Position numbers and translations under genes: made by a program | From: a virus | Virus genome (UHGV): UHGV-0342847 | Length of the DNA: 60,874 nt | Direction: 5' to 3' (one strand) | In this document: in pieces, positions 56,444-60,874 of the stretch | How positions within the stretch are numbered: the first letter of the stretch is position 1 | Layout of the letters: the number at the start of each line of letters is the position of its first letter | Notes under the pieces: generated by a model | What the model was told of the DNA's origin: nothing | Seen by the model: only the letters and a program-made list of their open reading frames with translations | Databases searched by the model: none

Positions 56444-57541
56444 TTACGCGTTAGGGTCTTTGGAAGCGGTGTCTACGGAGATCACCCCGAAGTCGCGCTG
56501 GTTAAAGCGGGTTTTGCTCACTCCGATGATAGTACCGGCCGCAACGGAAGGTTCGTTACCGTAGTCGTCGGTTTCTTCTTTCCAGGTGAAGCGCAGACCG
56601 CCAGCAGTACCGTACGCAACAACGCCAGCCTGACGGCCCATGAACAGCGCACGCGCAGCCAGAACGTTATTACCAGCGCCGTAGTCGTTGTAACGAATTA
56701 CGGATTCGTGGGAGTGCAGAACAACGTTGTTGATCATACCCAGACCACCCTGGAACAGCGGGTTTTTGCGGCCTTCAGCAGCAGCAGCAGCTTTCTGGAT
56801 TTCCAGCCAGCCTTTTTCATCTGCTACGCGCAGGTCATGCTCCTGGAAAGGAGACATAAGCATAACGAAATGCTTCTCTGCGCCGACAGTTACCGGCAGA
56901 ATGTTGGAGTTTTCACGGTTTACAGCGCGCAACATGCGGGCTTTAGTGGCCGCTTTCTCTACAACCTGGCGAGTCATCTTATCGTCGTCGGTCAGTGACG
57001 CTTTGCTGGTGGCATCACCTCCGTACATCAGGTGATCGGCATCAGGCGCACGGAACGGGTTGCCAGCATGACCAGCATAAGCCGGATCCTGCTCCAGAAA
57101 GTCCTGGTTAACACCACGAGAGCCAGACAGGTACATGAAGTTCAGTTCATCGATGTACTGCGCCCAGTAGTCAGACAGACGGTCTTTAGCTACCTGACGC
57201 AGGTCATGCGCGGTACGCTTACGCGTCATACGACCACCTGCAGACACCGCGTGACGGATCTGGTCGATGATGATTTCGTCTGTGAAGAACTTCAGCGCTT
57301 CTTCTTTGCCTTTTACGCGAACATCGCCGGAAGTCGGTTTACCACGTAGCTGAACAGAGAGATCGAAGGAGATGCGATCGCCTCTATCCGATTCCAGCTC
57401 AGTCTTCTGCTGGATAATGCTGTTATCTGATTTACCGATAAAGCGATCGAAGTATGATTTCTTGTTGGTTTCAACCGCCAGCGCACTAGACCATTTCTTT
57501 TGCGCTTTCGGATCGCCAAACTTGATTACGGTTTGACCCAT
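56444..57541 (-). CDS. major capsid protein (HK97-fold type)
   Basis: 365 aa following scaffold and portal. Size and composition are typical. No motif proof. Confidence 0.65.
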   Translation of the reverse strand: MGQTVIKFGDPKAQKKWSSALAVETNKKSYFDRFIGKSDNSIIQQKTELESDRGDRISFDLSVQLRGKPTSGDVRVKGKEEALKFFTDEIIIDQIRHAVSAGGRMTRKRTAHDLRQVAKDRLSDYWAQYIDELNFMYLSGSRGVNQDFLEQDPAYAGHAGNPFRAPDADHLMYGGDATSKASLTDDDKMTRQVVEKAATKARMLRAVNRENSNILPVTVGAEKHFVMLMSPFQEHDLRVADEKGWLEIQKAAAAAEGRKNPLFQGGLGMINNVVLHSHESVIRYNDYGAGNNVLAARALFMGRQAGVVAYGTAGGLRFTWKEETDDYGNEPSVAAGTIIGVSKTRFNQRDFGVISVDTASKDPNA

Positions 57542-57653
57542 GATAATTCCTCACATGTGCGGAGATAGTTTTTTACCCCACGTCATGTGCGGCACATTCA
57601 ATCGTTGTGATTATCAATGCAGTGTTGCCGAAATGCAAACACTGCATTGCTGA

Positions 57654-57836
57654 TTAAACAAGCTGGGCTTTTTCCTTATCCTCCTGATTGCCTTGAGACT
57701 GCACTGGTTTGGTGACTTTCACATGCTCTGGCGCTTCGATCTGGAGAGAGCAAACGCGCCCTGACTTCTGCACCATACGCAGCTTTGTTTCACCGATCCA
57801 AATCTCATCGCCTGGCTTCAAATCTTGTCTAATCAC
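57654..57836 (-). CDS. CsrA-like small RNA-binding protein homolog
   Basis: GDEIWIGETKLRMVQKSGRVCSLQIEAPEHVKV aligns in pattern to CsrA (GESI/MIGDEV.V.VL.VKGNQVRIGI.APK.V.V). SD AAGGA. Sits between scaffold and capsid. Confidence 0.4.
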   Translation of the reverse strand: MIRQDLKPGDEIWIGETKLRMVQKSGRVCSLQIEAPEHVKVTKPVQSQGNQEDKEKAQLV

Positions 57837-57845
57837 GATAGTTCC

Positions 57846-58748
57846 TTATGCAGATTGCAGGTATGCGTCACGGTCGGCGTCTGACAACTTCGCCAACTCG
57901 GATTCATAACGCAGCGGATCGGTATCAATCAGGCGGTCGAGCTGCGCCCAGCGACCATCTTCTGTGCCGGTAGCAGATGAAGCTGGCAGACCACCCAGGA
58001 CAGGAGGAACTTTGTTAGGCTGCTTCTCCTGCTTCTGTTCAGTCTCCGGCTTCTTCGCATCCAGCCCAAACTCTTTCGCCAGTTGCGCGTAGGCTTTATC
58101 GATCTCGGCCTGACCTGGCATACCGCCTGCTGCCATAATCGGCGCGGTGACTTCACGCAGAATCTGGTCAAAGGCGTTCTGGCGTACCGGTGTGGAAATT
58201 GCTTCTGGATGAGCACCAATGAATGAACCCATCAGGGTATCCCAGTGCTGTTGCAGGGATACAGTAGCGCTCTGGTCAGAGATTTCAGAGCGTAGCTTGA
58301 TCTCGCGCAGGTCTTGTTTTTCATCGGCTAGCTTATCGCGAGCATCTTCATACTCATCGAAAGAGATATCGCCGTCATTGTACTTTTTACGCAGGTCTTT
58401 CATCGCCGCGGCGTTCTGTTCAACGCGCTGCTGATAGTCTTCAGGCAGGGTGTCATTCAGCACACCACGCGGGCGAGGCGTAACGACCGTCTTCTCTGGC
58501 TCCGGTTCTGGCTCGGTTTTCTTCGCTGCATCTGCTTCAGTTTGTACCTTTGCCGCTGCTGCGTCTTCTTCTGCCTTTTTGTCGGCTTCTGCCTTTGCGT
58601 CAGCCTCCGCTTTAGCTGCTGCATCAGCCTCAGCTTTCGCCTCAGCGTCATCATTGCTTTCTTCTTCCTCAACCTCATCAGGTTCAGCAAGGGCTGCACG
58701 CTCTTCATCAGTCAAAAGCGCCAGTTCTTCTTCGGTATATCCGTCCAT
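57846..58748 (-). CDS. scaffolding protein
   Basis: Highly acidic Ala/Glu/Lys repeat protein (AEADAAAKAEADAKAEADKKAEEDAAAAK) between portal and capsid. Confidence 0.65.
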   Translation of the reverse strand: MDGYTEEELALLTDEERAALAEPDEVEEEESNDDAEAKAEADAAAKAEADAKAEADKKAEEDAAAAKVQTEADAAKKTEPEPEPEKTVVTPRPRGVLNDTLPEDYQQRVEQNAAAMKDLRKKYNDGDISFDEYEDARDKLADEKQDLREIKLRSEISDQSATVSLQQHWDTLMGSFIGAHPEAISTPVRQNAFDQILREVTAPIMAAGGMPGQAEIDKAYAQLAKEFGLDAKKPETEQKQEKQPNKVPPVLGGLPASSATGTEDGRWAQLDRLIDTDPLRYESELAKLSDADRDAYLQSA

Positions 58749-58758
58749 CTAATTCACC

Positions 58759-60874
58759 TCATTGCATCTGTTGGGGTTGGGGTTGCTGCTGGGCCTGTTG
58801 CTCAGCTGCCTGTTGTTCAGCCATTTCCTGCTGTTGTTGCTCTATGTTGTCTTCTTCTTCCGTTCTGGAAACGAAACCTGCTTCATGAAGCATACCATCT
58901 GCGACACGAACTGCACCCGGAACAGTAAGAGCCTGAACAGCTGCGCTGAGTGCTTGTAGCTGCGCCTGAATACCTTTAAGCGCGGTATCAGTCTGGATCT
59001 GGCGAGTGCTGGCAACGTCTTTACCTGCTGAAGCCATATCTTTCTGTGCTTTCGCCTCTTTCACAGCTATCTCAGCCATGGCGTTACGCTCCTGAACCTC
59101 AGCCTGTTTCTGCTCAGCCTGTGCTTTCACCTGCATTTCTGCCTGCTCTTCCGGCGTCATTTCAGTCTGATCCGGGTCACGCATGCCAGTAACCTGACGG
59201 ATACGTTTAACGATTTCGTCACGGTTCGGGATATCCATCGTTTCAACAAGCAGGTCCAGCATAACAATGACAACCTGCGGGGCCATCGGTGCCAGCTGCT
59301 GAAGCAGTGCAAACAGCTCTTCCGATTGCGCCTGACGAATTGTAGCGCGCCAGTCTTCGTCACTGATAATAAAGTCTGCCTTACTGCGAACAATATCATT
59401 CTCTGGCAGACCGTCGTTAACTTCAACATATTCAGGAGTACCGCGCATATTTGTGATGCGGAACGCCTTTTGCTCAGTGAAATACTGCTCAATGAGGGAT
59501 AATTCTTTCTGGCCGTGCAGCTGAACAGCTAAACGCAGGTTATCGAAGATGCCCGCCGTGGTCATTGCCCCCTGCTCCTGGCGGCGACCGATAGCTATCC
59601 CGCTGGTGGCATTGGTCTGACGCCCCATATTCTCATCAGTAACGCCAGACAGAGACTGAATCATCGAGATAGAACGGCTCATCAGGTCAAGGTGGGCCGG
59701 TGCAAGCTCGCGCTCAGCGTTGATAACCAACTCTGCCCCGCGTTTCTTGACGATCACGGCATCCGGACGGCTAACCTCTTCCATGAACTCGTCGAGGTCA
59801 TCAACCGCCCCCTCTTCCATGATTGTTTTGTTGGTAGACAGGATGTGCAGCGCCTTGGAAGCTCGCTTGTTAATGTCCTCCTGAATGTCACGCATCATGC
59901 GGATCATTCCATAAGGCAGGCCATCACGCCCACGGCGGTAACACCAGATGGGGGTAAACGGGAAGTCGTTGTGACGATAAGGAGAAACGTCGTTGTATAG
60001 CAGGCCAGTGCTACAGAATAACGCGACGTGCATGCACATCATCTTTTTGCGAACTGTCGGGACTGCACCCTCTTTCTCAATGCTGTACTGGTGCGCTGGG
60101 GCTGGATTTTCTTTGTCGTAAACCTCTCCCTTAAACTCACCGCCGCGCATAATCATGACGTCGGTTGGCTTGCGGTACCAGATCTCAATGACGCGAACAC
60201 GCTCACGACGCACACCGTCAACCACTGAACGAATTGACGTGTACCCGCCTAACTCGTTTTCCTGGCTATCCATTGCGGTGTCTCCCAACTCATCCAGGCC
60301 ATATGAGCGATTACCAGCCGCAGACGAACGCAGGGCAGCAGTGCGATCAGGGAAAATAGCTTCGGCCACATCGAGATCGAGCCACTTCGACCGGATTACA
60401 TAGCGGCAGTCTTCAAGGTCTTTGGTTGTGCAGGCGCTATCCCAGAGCATGTTACGCCAGCTTTCATAGCGCATAACAACGGGTTCACCGTCGTCATCGT
60501 TCTGTACGCTCGCTTCCATCCAGCCAATACCGACCTTCGCGGCATCCTCAAACGCCTGGCTACGCTTGAATGGCTCCATGTTCACATCGCTGAGGTACTT
60601 CATCAGCTGCGTCTTGCGCTCTGCTGGTTTGCCGGATTCTTTGCGACGTGGCAGGATCTTGTAATCGGTACGCCCGCGCTTCTCTGTACCGATAACCCAG
60701 TTAACTGCAGACGAAATGACGTTATAGACCAGCGGCACCTGCCCGCGCTTCTTCAGCTCGGCGGCATCTTCCTCCCGCCACTGAATAGAATCATAGAAAT
60801 CCTCGTCAATGGCCTGCTCTGAACGGTTCTCTGCCTGGCGGTCCAGCTCATCTTCATAGATGGCCTGAAGCCTG
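58759..60874 (-). CDS. portal protein, 5'-partial (continues beyond window end)
   Basis: The frame stays open upstream of the listed Met to the window edge (...DFYDSIQWREEDAAELKKRGQVPLVYNVIS...). Its size above 700 aa and its position before scaffold fit a portal. Confidence 0.75.
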   Translation of the reverse strand, partial: RLQAIYEDELDRQAENRSEQAIDEDFYDSIQWREEDAAELKKRGQVPLVYNVISSAVNWVIGTEKRGRTDYKILPRRKESGKPAERKTQLMKYLSDVNMEPFKRSQAFEDAAKVGIGWMEASVQNDDDGEPVVMRYESWRNMLWDSACTTKDLEDCRYVIRSKWLDLDVAEAIFPDRTAALRSSAAGNRSYGLDELGDTAMDSQENELGGYTSIRSVVDGVRRERVRVIEIWYRKPTDVMIMRGGEFKGEVYDKENPAPAHQYSIEKEGAVPTVRKKMMCMHVALFCSTGLLYNDVSPYRHNDFPFTPIWCYRRGRDGLPYGMIRMMRDIQEDINKRASKALHILSTNKTIMEEGAVDDLDEFMEEVSRPDAVIVKKRGAELVINAERELAPAHLDLMSRSISMIQSLSGVTDENMGRQTNATSGIAIGRRQEQGAMTTAGIFDNLRLAVQLHGQKELSLIEQYFTEQKAFRITNMRGTPEYVEVNDGLPENDIVRSKADFIISDEDWRATIRQAQSEELFALLQQLAPMAPQVVIVMLDLLVETMDIPNRDEIVKRIRQVTGMRDPDQTEMTPEEQAEMQVKAQAEQKQAEVQERNAMAEIAVKEAKAQKDMASAGKDVASTRQIQTDTALKGIQAQLQALSAAVQALTVPGAVRVADGMLHEAGFVSRTEEEDNIEQQQQEMAEQQAAEQQAQQQPQPQQMQ

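Noticed and set aside
58450-58720. Nucleotide repeats resembling an array
   Set aside because: They are codon-level repeats encoding the Ala/Glu/Lys low-complexity region of the scaffolding protein, not spacer-repeat units. No CRISPR array is present.

Overview
The window looks like a near-complete genome of a temperate, lambdoid-type enterobacterial phage (or plasmid-like prophage) of about 61 kb, written so that the packaging/structural/lysis genes sit on the minus strand and the early genes sit in the middle. The late operon starts near 3.8 kb and runs leftward (HNH endonuclease, TerS, TerL), then leaves the window. It re-enters at the right edge with a 5'-truncated portal and continues leftward through scaffold, major capsid, head-completion genes, two tailspikes, a tail fiber, internal virion/ejection proteins, a 4047-aa multi-enzyme virion protein, and finally a lysis cassette (endolysin, holin, Rz with embedded Rz1) ending at a strong terminator near 27.25 kb. 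The central 4-27 kb holds the early genes: a divergent CI-like/Cro-like immunity switch at about 15.1 kb; a leftward operon with O/P-like replication genes, an ASCH protein, a C5-cytosine methyltransferase, an amber-interrupted N6/N4 methyltransferase, HNH/PD-(D/E)xK nucleases and small membrane proteins; and a rightward operon with an N-like arginine-rich protein, a DUF2829 protein, a Lar-like restriction-alleviation protein, a HAD phosphatase/DUF551 protein, an AlpA/Xis-like regulator, an HNH endonuclease and a P4-type tyrosine integrase that lacks its catalytic-Tyr region. That integrase is followed by about 0.9 kb of ORF-poor, stem-rich DNA. The giant protein combines a lytic transglycosylase, an SF2 helicase, an N6-adenine methyltransferase, a GNAT domain, an HExxH peptidase motif and C-terminal hydrophobic segments, which matches a DarB-like/polyvalent injected anti-defence protein. 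I saw no tRNA, rRNA or CRISPR array. All calls rest on motif recognition by eye, and the ORF boundaries come from the supplied six-frame track with a few start codons re-chosen.
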